From the UHGV virus genome UHGV-0144289: 35,479 nt of DNA; one strand, written 5' to 3'. Source of the stretch: a virus. This document shows positions 15,493 to 23,320 of this stretch, piece by piece. Position numbers and translations under genes: made by a program. The notes beneath the pieces are model-generated. The model saw only the letters and a list, made by a program, of their open reading frames with translations. It was not told the DNA's origin and did no database searches. The number at the start of each line of letters is the position of its first letter. Within the stretch, counting starts at the first letter, position 1.

Positions 15493-17118
15493 ATGGATCA
15501 ACTCGCCAGCCGGTTAATCAGGCGCGCTGACACGCTGAAAGCAAATCGCCAGGTGCACGAAAGCGTCTGGCGGGAATGCTACGACTACACCTATCCGCTG
15601 CGCGGGGCCGGGTTTTCGTCTGAGGTGCTGGACGCACAGAGCGCAAAGCACAAGGTTGCGAAGCTGCTGGACGGCACAGCCACCGACAGCGCCCGTATGC
15701 TGGCGTCCGCGCTTATGTCAGGGATGACCCCGGCGAATGCTCAATGGCTGAACCTCGACAGCGAATTACTTCCTGATGACGCTAAGGCGTGGTTGTCCAC
15801 CTGTGCAACGCTGGTATGGGAAAATATCCACGCCGCTAACTTTGACGCGGAAGGGTACGAGGCCAATCTCGATGTGGTCTGTGCTGGCTGGTTCGCGCTG
15901 TACGTCGATGAGGACAAGGAAGAGGGAGGATTTACCTTCCAGCAGTGGCCGCTGGCGCAATGCTTTGTGACTTCCACCCGCCGGGATGGCATCGTGGACA
16001 CGATTTATCGGTGCTATCAGCTCACCGCTGAACAGGCAGTGAAAGAATTCGGCGCGGACAAGGTAAGCGAAAAAATCCGCGATGCTGCAAAAAACAAACC
16101 TGACGATAAATTTGATTTCCTGCACTGCATTTTCCCGCGTGATACCTACGCCGTAAATGCGAAGCTGGCGCGCAATATGCGTTTTGCATCGTTCAACGTG
16201 GAAGTGAACGGCAAGCGTATCGTGCGTGAATCCGGCTATCACGAATTCCCTGTGTGCGTCCCGCGCTGGATGAAAATTCCCGGCGGCTCCTACGGTATCG
16301 GCCCGGTATACGACGCGCTGCCGGACTGCAAAGAGCTGAACGAAACCAAACGCATGGAGAAGGCCGCGCAGGATCTGGCTATCTCCGGTATGTGGATTGC
16401 TGAGGATGACGGCGTGCTCAACCCGCGAACGGTAAAAGTTGGCCCGCGCCGCGTCATCGTGGCGAACAGCACCGAAAGCATGAAACCTTTGCTCACCGGC
16501 GCAGATTTCAACGTGGCGTTTACCGCTGAACAGCGCCTGCAGGCTTCCATTCGCAAAATCATGATGGCCGATCAGTTGCAACCGCAGGACGGCCCGGCAA
16601 TGACTGCTACCGAAGTGCATGTGCGTGTCGCGCTGATCCGCCAGTTGCTTGGCCCGGTCTATGGACGATTCCAGGCTGAATACCTGCAACCGCTGGTGGA
16701 GCGCTGCTTCGGTATTGCGTTCCGCGCTGGCGTTTTTCCTCCCGCTCCCGAGAGCCTCCAGAGCGCCAATTTCAACGTGCGTTATATCTCCCCGCTGGCC
16801 CGTGCGCAGAAGCTGGAAGATGTGACCGCCATCGAGCGATACGGCCAGAACATCATGCAGCTGGCGCAGGCGTACCCGGATGTACTGGACAACATGGACA
16901 GCGACGAGGCGAGCAAGGTTGTCGGCGAGGCTCTTGGCGTTCCGGCAAAAGTTATGCGTTCCGCTGATGCGGTCGAGCAACTTCGACAGCAGCGCCAGCA
17001 GATGCAACAGCAGCAGGCGCAACAGCAGTTGCTGATGCAGGCCGGGACGGAAGCCGCCGGCGCAGCAGGGCAGGCAGCAGGCGCAATTATGGGACAACGA
17101 CTGGCGGGCAACCAATGA
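15493..17118 (+). CDS. Portal (head-to-tail connector) protein, T7 gp8-like
   Basis: 541 aa; size, position at the head of the structural module and Gln-rich C-terminal tail (QQRQQMQQQQAQQQLLMQAG) resemble the T7 gp8 connector. Confidence 0.75.
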   Translation: MDQLASRLIRRADTLKANRQVHESVWRECYDYTYPLRGAGFSSEVLDAQSAKHKVAKLLDGTATDSARMLASALMSGMTPANAQWLNLDSELLPDDAKAWLSTCATLVWENIHAANFDAEGYEANLDVVCAGWFALYVDEDKEEGGFTFQQWPLAQCFVTSTRRDGIVDTIYRCYQLTAEQAVKEFGADKVSEKIRDAAKNKPDDKFDFLHCIFPRDTYAVNAKLARNMRFASFNVEVNGKRIVRESGYHEFPVCVPRWMKIPGGSYGIGPVYDALPDCKELNETKRMEKAAQDLAISGMWIAEDDGVLNPRTVKVGPRRVIVANSTESMKPLLTGADFNVAFTAEQRLQASIRKIMMADQLQPQDGPAMTATEVHVRVALIRQLLGPVYGRFQAEYLQPLVERCFGIAFRAGVFPPAPESLQSANFNVRYISPLARAQKLEDVTAIERYGQNIMQLAQAYPDVLDNMDSDEASKVVGEALGVPAKVMRSADAVEQLRQQRQQMQQQQAQQQLLMQAGTEAAGAAGQAAGAIMGQRLAGNQ

Positions 17119-17348
17119 TCAAAAAAGACGTAACCCCTGAAGACTACCGGCGCATTTTCGAGGAGATGCCCGGCGGGCCGCAGGTGCTGGACGAATTAAC
17201 GCGCCGCTTCGGGCGTGAGGCGTATGTCAAAGGCGGTACCGAAGGCGACCGGGAAACCTGTTACCGGGCCGGACAGCGTTCCGTGCTCGATTTCATTCTG
17301 ATGCAAATCAACAAAGCAGACGGAGTAAACGACGATGTGGAAGTTTAA
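17115..17348 (+). CDS. Hypothetical small protein between portal and scaffold
   Basis: 77-aa ORF, start overlaps the portal stop (ATGA). Confidence 0.5.
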   Translation: MIKKDVTPEDYRRIFEEMPGGPQVLDELTRRFGREAYVKGGTEGDRETCYRAGQRSVLDFILMQINKADGVNDDVEV

Positions 17349-18183
17349 ACACTTATTCATGAACACCGAAACAGGTGCAGAAGCGCCAGCGGGTAACGCA
17401 GGAGGGGATGATGCTGGTAATAGCGATGGTACTCAAAATCCGGGCGGCGGTACTCCTGCTGGTACTTCGCTACTCAGCACCGGCGCGGGCGAACAAGGCG
17501 CGGATGACTGGCTACCTGAAAAATACCGCGTTATGGGCGATGACGGAAAACTCAACGTTGAAGGCTCAGCCCGCAAACTGGCGGATGCTTACACGCACCT
17601 TGAAAAGCGCATGGGCAGCGGCGACACGCCGCCGAAAACGGCTGATGAGTATGCGCCAAAGGTAGAGGTCGAGGGTTTTAAGTGGGACGAATTCAAAGCC
17701 GACCCGCGCATGCAATCCTTCATGAAATCGGCTCATGCCAAAGGCATCACCAACGATCAGATGGGTTTCATCCTGGGCGAATATGCACAGCTGGCCCCCG
17801 AACTGGTTAACGGTGCTGCGGCGCTGGATTCGGAAGCCGCCGCCACGCAGCTGCGCGAGACGTGGAAAACTGACGCCGAGTTTAATAAAAACATCGGTCT
17901 GGCTTTCCGGGCATTTAACTCTCTGGCAGATGACGGCGACAAAGGGCGCATGGATGAAATCGGCAATAACCCGATGGTGATCCGCATGCTGGCGAAAATC
18001 GGCGCTGAAATGCAGGAGGATGCGCCGGCGGGCGGCGATGTGAATCTCGAAGAACAGCAATCAATCCGTGACCTGATGAAGTCCCCGGCCTACATGGATC
18101 CTAAACACGCCGACCATGAGAACGTTTCCGCCCGGGTTCGCGCGTACTACCAGAAGCGTTACGGTGATCAAACTGTAGCGTGA
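17335..18183 (+). CDS. Scaffolding protein (T7 gp9-like)
   Basis: 282 aa, acidic, Ala/Gly-rich, predicted helical; located between portal and major capsid genes. Confidence 0.6.
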   Translation: MWKFKHLFMNTETGAEAPAGNAGGDDAGNSDGTQNPGGGTPAGTSLLSTGAGEQGADDWLPEKYRVMGDDGKLNVEGSARKLADAYTHLEKRMGSGDTPPKTADEYAPKVEVEGFKWDEFKADPRMQSFMKSAHAKGITNDQMGFILGEYAQLAPELVNGAAALDSEAAATQLRETWKTDAEFNKNIGLAFRAFNSLADDGDKGRMDEIGNNPMVIRMLAKIGAEMQEDAPAGGDVNLEEQQSIRDLMKSPAYMDPKHADHENVSARVRAYYQKRYGDQTVA

Positions 18184-18216
18184 CATGTCACGACAACCTA
18201 ACCAGAGGAAAGACCA

Positions 18217-18633
18217 ATGAGCGACAAAGATATCGAGCAGCAAATTCAGGCTAAAGGCTTAACCGCGCCGCGCGTTACGCCTGATCATATCGAGAGCGTT
18301 ATCAAAGAGTGCCATTATCTCAACGTCGGCGAAGCGGTTCAGGCGGGCTGGCCTGATAAGTCGGCAATGGACGATTGCAGCCCAGCGCTGAACCTGCTGA
18401 CGATTTGTGTTCTGGTGCTGCACAACGGCTTCACCGTCACGGGCGAAAGCGCCTGCGCCAGCCCGCAAAACTTCGACCCGGAGATCGGTCGCAAGATTGC
18501 CCGCGAGAATGCGGTTAACAAGATTTGGATGCTGGAAGGTTACCTGCTGAAACAAAAGCTCAGTGAGCAGTGTACCGATGAGCGCATGTGTGAAAACTGC
18601 TACTCCGGCCAGGGCGCCTGTAATAACAAGTAA
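18217..18633 (+). CDS. Hypothetical protein with Cys-rich C-terminus
   Basis: 138 aa; ATG preceded by GAGGAAAGACCA; C-terminal CTDERMCENCYSGQGACNNK. Confidence 0.55.
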   Translation: MSDKDIEQQIQAKGLTAPRVTPDHIESVIKECHYLNVGEAVQAGWPDKSAMDDCSPALNLLTICVLVLHNGFTVTGESACASPQNFDPEIGRKIARENAVNKIWMLEGYLLKQKLSEQCTDERMCENCYSGQGACNNK

Positions 18634-18656
18634 CACCGTGACCAGTCACAACCAGA

Positions 18657-18683
18657 AGCCAGCCTAACCCGCTGGCTTTTTTA
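18657..18683 (+). terminator. Intrinsic terminator upstream of the capsid gene
   Basis: Hairpin AGCCAGC-CTAACCC-GCTGGCT followed by TTTTTTA. Confidence 0.65.
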
Positions 18684-18686
18684 TTT

Positions 18687-18702
18687 GGTCGGGATTCCGA
18701 CC
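18687..18702. repeat. Late-region hairpin motif GGTCGGGATTCCGACC, copy 1
   Basis: 6-bp stem/4-nt loop palindrome; identical 20-mer TTGGTCGGGATTCCGACCGC also at 31396-31415. Confidence 0.8.
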
Positions 18703-18852
18703 GCGCACCTCGATAACAATCACTCCATAACCAGCCCGGCGGGGACGCCGGATACCTGATTTCTCCCGCAATGCGCCAGCGCCAACCGCATTGTGCAGAT
18801 TTGGGCCGGGAAACCGACACCCCGCAGGCGATTTTTTACTGGAGTGATTTTT

Positions 18853-19758
18853 ATGTCATTTGATGCAAACAAGAACATGATCACCGCTGCGTTTGTTACG
18901 CAGTTTCATGATTCTTTCGAAATTGCTGCACAGCAAAAGGATTCGCGCCTGCAAGCGGCTGTCCATGACCGTGGCAGCATCACCGGTGCGTCGTTCACCA
19001 TCAACGATATGGGTACCATTGAGATGAACCAGATCACCACGCGTTTCGGTGATACCGTCTGGGATGTTCCGGAAGCCGGTACCCGTAATGCGCTGATGGC
19101 CGACTACGGCGTTTTCGTCCCGGTCGAGAAACGCGACCTGCGCAAGCTGATTGCCGACCCGCAGGGGCCGTATTTGCAGCTCACCCTGTCCGCCGCCAAC
19201 CGCAAAAAAGACGATGTAATTTACCGCGCGCTGCTCGATGCGGTACTGCGTAAGACTGAGAACAACGGCGCGTATGCATCCGTTACCCTCCCGGCCTCGC
19301 AGAAAATCGTTGCTGGCGGTACTGGCATGACCAAAGCCAAACTGATCGCAGCAAAAGCGATGTTCCGCCGTAACGAATGTGACGAGCAGAACGGCGAAGA
19401 GCTGTACATGACGTACAACGCCGACATGCTGACGCAGATCCTCAGCGATACCACGCTGACCAGCGCCGACTTTATGGCGGTGAAAATGCTTCAGGAAGGT
19501 TCGGTGTCGTCTAAATGGCTGGGCTTTAACTGGCTGGCATACGAGAAGCTGGATTCTGCCACTGCCGAAAACGTCACCACCAAAACCGCCGCCGCCTGGT
19601 GTAAGTCCGCTGTGCATTTCGGTACCGGCGCTGAGTACAACGTCGATATCGGCCCGCGTCGCGATAAAAATAACACCATCCAGATTTCCGTTGATGCGTC
19701 CTATGGCGCTGGCCGCGCCAACGAGAAAAAAGTCGTTGCCATCGATTTTGTAGCATAA
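18853..19758 (+). CDS. Major capsid protein
   Basis: 301 aa from the ATG at 18853; follows the scaffold gene, has a long structured 5' leader and is followed by a terminator, as is typical for highly expressed capsid genes. Confidence 0.65.
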   Translation: MSFDANKNMITAAFVTQFHDSFEIAAQQKDSRLQAAVHDRGSITGASFTINDMGTIEMNQITTRFGDTVWDVPEAGTRNALMADYGVFVPVEKRDLRKLIADPQGPYLQLTLSAANRKKDDVIYRALLDAVLRKTENNGAYASVTLPASQKIVAGGTGMTKAKLIAAKAMFRRNECDEQNGEELYMTYNADMLTQILSDTTLTSADFMAVKMLQEGSVSSKWLGFNWLAYEKLDSATAENVTTKTAAAWCKSAVHFGTGAEYNVDIGPRRDKNNTIQISVDASYGAGRANEKKVVAIDFVA

Positions 19759-19771
19759 AGCCGCTGGTACC

Positions 19772-19801
19772 TTTGCCGGGGGATCCCTCCCGGCCTTTTT
19801 T
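19772..19801 (+). terminator. Terminator-like hairpin after the capsid gene
   Basis: GCCGGGGGATCCCTCCCGGC followed by CTTTTTTT. Confidence 0.55.
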
Positions 19802-19817
19802 CATCTGAGGTAAGGCT

Positions 19818-20381
19818 ATGGCTTCCAGTATCTCTATCTGTTCTAACGTACTGCTGGCGCTCGGCGCTCATCCCATTAACAGCTTCGACGAAGCGACCGA
19901 ACACGCCCGCCTGTGCTCCAATATTTACCCTACCGTACGCAATGACCTGCTGCGAAAACATCCATGGAACTGCGCGGTAAAACGCGTCGTGCTCTCACCG
20001 TCCAGCACCGCGCCCGCGTTTGGTTTCGGCTACCAGTTCCCGCTGCCGGGCGATTTAATCCGGATCCTGTCCGTTGGCCGTGAGTATGAGGATATCGGGT
20101 ACCGCGTTGAAGGAAACCGCCTGCTGGCGAATCAGAACGTAATTTATCTGCGCTACCTGTTTCGTAACGAGGATGAATCGACGTGGGATTCGTCGCTGGT
20201 CAATCTGGCCGAAGCGTTCATGGCCGCAAAGCTGGCGTACGCCGTCACCGGCTCCGCGAGTCTGCGCGACAGTCTGACGCAGGAAGCTGCATTCCTTCTT
20301 CGCCAGGCCAAATCTATCGACGGACAGGAAGAACCGCCGGAAACGCTGGACGGCTATCCAACTTATGAATCGAGGTTCTGA
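19818..20381 (+). CDS. Tail tubular protein A-like (T7 gp11-like)
   Basis: 187 aa; size and position after the capsid gene match T7 gp11. Confidence 0.5.
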   Translation: MASSISICSNVLLALGAHPINSFDEATEHARLCSNIYPTVRNDLLRKHPWNCAVKRVVLSPSSTAPAFGFGYQFPLPGDLIRILSVGREYEDIGYRVEGNRLLANQNVIYLRYLFRNEDESTWDSSLVNLAEAFMAAKLAYAVTGSASLRDSLTQEAAFLLRQAKSIDGQEEPPETLDGYPTYESRF

Positions 20382-22372
20382 TGCGCGCGAACCTAATAAA
20401 AACCAATTTTACCGCGGGTGAAATTTCCCCGCGCCTGATGGGGCGTGTTGATATCGCCCGCTATGCCAACGGTGCAAAAATTATCGAAAACGCGGTGTGC
20501 GTGGTGCAGGGCGGTGTCGTTCGCCGACCGGGTACGCGCTTTGCCGCTGCCGCTAAATATGGTGACCGGACAGCACGACTGATCCCCTACGTCTTTAACC
20601 GCTCGCAGGCGTACATGCTCGAATTTGGCGACGGGTATCTGCGCATCTACCAGAACGGCCGGCAGCTGGTAAACGACGATAATACCCCGTATGAAATCGC
20701 CAGCCCGTACACCGTCGATATGTTGTCTGAGGTGAATTACGTGCAGGGCGCTGACACGATGTTTTTAGTGCACCAGAGCGTCCCGCCGCACCGCTTGCAG
20801 CGTAAGGGGCAAACTGATTGGGTACTGGAAGCCGCGCCGTTTATCGTGGAACCATTCGACGAAATCCGCGACACGCCGGAGAAATGGTGTAAGCCATCGG
20901 TTAAAGAATTCGTCGGCTCAGAAATCACGCTGACGCTCAGTGATGCCGAACCCGCAGATGATGACGATTCCCCCGCGTTTACTGGTACCGGCTGGATATC
21001 GGAGGACGTTGGTTCGTACGTTCGCATTAACAGCGGTCTGGTGCTAATTAAGAGCATCACCAGCGCGCAGATTGCTGTCGGCACCATCCGCACCGATTTA
21101 AGCGCAACGCAGGCGGCATCCCCCGGAGCCTGGACACGTGAAGATACTGTCTGGACGGAGGAATTTGGCTACCCCGGCGCGGTGACGCTGTACCAGCAGC
21201 GGCTGGTTCTGGCTGGTTCCCCGCAGTACCCGCAAACAATCTGGTGGAGCGAAACCGGCGTTTACCTGTCGTTTGAGCTGGGAACGGACGACGACGACGC
21301 GATCAGCTTTACGCTGTCTTCTGACCAGTTAAACCCGATCGTGCATCTGGCGCAGATGAATACGCTTATCGCGCTGACGTACGGCGGCGAGTTTACAATC
21401 ACTGCCGGCAGCGACGCGGCGATCACCCCGACCAATATTTCGGTAAAAAATCCCAGCCCGTACGGCTGCAACAGCATTCGCCCGGTTCGTGTCGGTACCG
21501 AAATTATGTTTATCCAGCGTGCCGGGAAAAAACTGTATGCCGTGGCGTATGACCCCGACAGCTACGTTTCGTATTCCGCCAATGATTTAACGGTGCTGGC
21601 CGAACACATCACGGCCGGCGGCGTCCTCGATATGGCGTATCAGCAACAGCCTGATGCGTTCGTGTGGCTGATCCGCGCCGATGGCGTACTGGTGACGATG
21701 GGTATCGACCGGGCGCAGGATGTAGTCGCATGGTCACGCCAGATCACCGATGGCGTTTTTGAATCGGTGGCGAGTATTCCCTCGGAAAGCGACGACGTGA
21801 TTTATGTTCTGGTGCGCCGGGAAGTTAACGGCCAGACCGTTCGTTATGTTGAAGTATTCGACAGCAACCTGAATACCGATTCCGCAGTAACCGGCTCCAG
21901 TTCAGAAGGTGCCACCACGTGGACAGGTCTTTCTCACCTCAATGGAAAAACGGTTGATGTGGTGGCCGATGGTTCCGTGATGCCGCAGGCAACGGTAACA
22001 GACGGGCAAATCACTCTCAGCCGCAAAGCGAAAAAAATCGAAGTAGGCCTGCATTACGAAACCACCATCCAGACGCTGACGCCGGAAATCTCAACGACCG
22101 AAGGCACCACGCAGAACGCCCGCAAGCGTACCAGCGAAGTCACGCTCCGCTTTATGGAAACCACTGGCGCGGAGTGCAACGGTCAGGTGATCCCCTTCCG
22201 TACCTTCGGCCCAAAAATCCTTAACCAGCCCGCGCCACTTTTCACCGGTGATCATTATTTCGGGAAACTTGGCTGGGAGCGCGGGGAAGACACTTTGATT
22301 ATTCAGCAACGCCAGCCGCTGCCGTTTCATCTGCTGGCGATTATTTTCACGTTCTCCAGCAACGGGGGCTAA
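20381..22372 (+). CDS. Tail tubular protein B-like (T7 gp12-like)
   Basis: 663 aa; size and position match T7 gp12; start overlaps the previous stop. Confidence 0.5.
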   Translation: MRANLIKTNFTAGEISPRLMGRVDIARYANGAKIIENAVCVVQGGVVRRPGTRFAAAAKYGDRTARLIPYVFNRSQAYMLEFGDGYLRIYQNGRQLVNDDNTPYEIASPYTVDMLSEVNYVQGADTMFLVHQSVPPHRLQRKGQTDWVLEAAPFIVEPFDEIRDTPEKWCKPSVKEFVGSEITLTLSDAEPADDDDSPAFTGTGWISEDVGSYVRINSGLVLIKSITSAQIAVGTIRTDLSATQAASPGAWTREDTVWTEEFGYPGAVTLYQQRLVLAGSPQYPQTIWWSETGVYLSFELGTDDDDAISFTLSSDQLNPIVHLAQMNTLIALTYGGEFTITAGSDAAITPTNISVKNPSPYGCNSIRPVRVGTEIMFIQRAGKKLYAVAYDPDSYVSYSANDLTVLAEHITAGGVLDMAYQQQPDAFVWLIRADGVLVTMGIDRAQDVVAWSRQITDGVFESVASIPSESDDVIYVLVRREVNGQTVRYVEVFDSNLNTDSAVTGSSSEGATTWTGLSHLNGKTVDVVADGSVMPQATVTDGQITLSRKAKKIEVGLHYETTIQTLTPEISTTEGTTQNARKRTSEVTLRFMETTGAECNGQVIPFRTFGPKILNQPAPLFTGDHYFGKLGWERGEDTLIIQQRQPLPFHLLAIIFTFSSNGG

Positions 22373-22824
22373 TGATGATCCGTAATGCAACCGCCGGTGA
22401 TATTCCGGCGCTTATCGAACTGGGAACCCGGATGTACCTGGAATCCCGCTATTCCGAAAACTCACCCTTTGACGCGGACAAATGCGCGGAACTGGCTGAG
22501 AGCCTGATTTATTCCCCCGCCGGATGCGTGCTGGTGGCAGAGAAAAACGGCCTGGTGATTGGCTGGCTCGGCGGCGGCATCGCGGAGCAGTTTTTTTCCC
22601 GCCAGTTGATGGCGTTTGAATATGGCCTGTTCGTCGCTCCGGAGTACCGGGGCGGCAGCGCGGGCCCACGGCTGGCCCGTGCATTTATCGAATGGTCGAA
22701 AGAACACGGCGCCGCAGTGATCAACATGGGGATCACCACGGGCGTCCATGCCGAACGTACTGGCCAGCTTTATTCCCGCCTCGGTCTGCAACGTACCGGG
22801 CTGCTTTATTCGATGGAGGTTTAA
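22372..22824 (+). CDS. GNAT-family N-acetyltransferase
   Basis: 150 aa; acetyl-CoA binding motif region LFVAPEYRGGSAGPRLARAFIEW; embedded between tail and internal virion protein genes. Confidence 0.7.
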   Translation: MMIRNATAGDIPALIELGTRMYLESRYSENSPFDADKCAELAESLIYSPAGCVLVAEKNGLVIGWLGGGIAEQFFSRQLMAFEYGLFVAPEYRGGSAGPRLARAFIEWSKEHGAAVINMGITTGVHAERTGQLYSRLGLQRTGLLYSMEV

Positions 22825-22826
22825 CG

Positions 22827-23315
22827 ATGTGTACAGGTGTTGAAATCGCACTGGTGGCTTCTTCGGTTCTCGCTGCTGGCGGGGCAGTGGCCAGCGGCCA
22901 GCAGCAAAAGAAAATGGCGAACTATCAGGCCGCGCAGGCTGAAGCCGACGCCGAAGCATCAAAAGCAGCGGCAAAAGTTGAAGCGGAGCGTATTCGTAAA
23001 GCCGGTCGCCAGCAGGCATCTGCCGCCAATGCTGCGTTGGCAGCTTCAGGCGTTGAGACGGGAGAGGGAACGGCGCTCCGTGTCACGTCAGGTATTGCAG
23101 GGGATGCGGAGCAGGACGCCTATCAGACAATCCTTAATGGCGTGAATTCTTCTAATCGCCTGCAGGCGCAGGCACAAGCCGACAGGATCAGCGGCAGTAA
23201 TGCGGCGACAGCGGGGAATATTAGTGCTGGCAGTTCATTACTTAGTGCTGGCGGAACTGCATACAGCGGCTGGAAAAAAGCAAAAACAGGCAAATACGGT
23301 TTATATGCGGAGTAA
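22827..23315 (+). CDS. Internal virion protein (T7 gp14-like)
   Basis: 162 aa; hydrophobic N-terminus, Ala/Gln-rich; shares motifs with the 73-aa protein at 15268. Confidence 0.5.
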   Translation: MCTGVEIALVASSVLAAGGAVASGQQQKKMANYQAAQAEADAEASKAAAKVEAERIRKAGRQQASAANAALAASGVETGEGTALRVTSGIAGDAEQDAYQTILNGVNSSNRLQAQAQADRISGSNAATAGNISAGSSLLSAGGTAYSGWKKAKTGKYGLYAE

Positions 23316-23320
23316 GTGAC

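Noticed and set aside
15766-17115. 449-aa ORF on the minus strand antisense to the portal gene
   Set aside because: Shadow ORF typical of GC-rich DNA: Arg/Leu/Ala-rich low-complexity translation and no RBS, whereas the sense portal ORF has family resemblance and fits the gene order.
18687-18702. Late hairpin motif as a tRNA fragment or attachment-site core
   Set aside because: It lacks the TTCGA T-loop signature, occurs four times inside the prophage rather than at its ends, and one copy lies within a coding sequence.
18856-19617. 253-aa minus-strand ORF antisense to the capsid gene, and the similar antisense ORF at 26316-26846
   Set aside because: Antisense shadow ORFs with biased composition, overlapping well-supported plus-strand structural genes.
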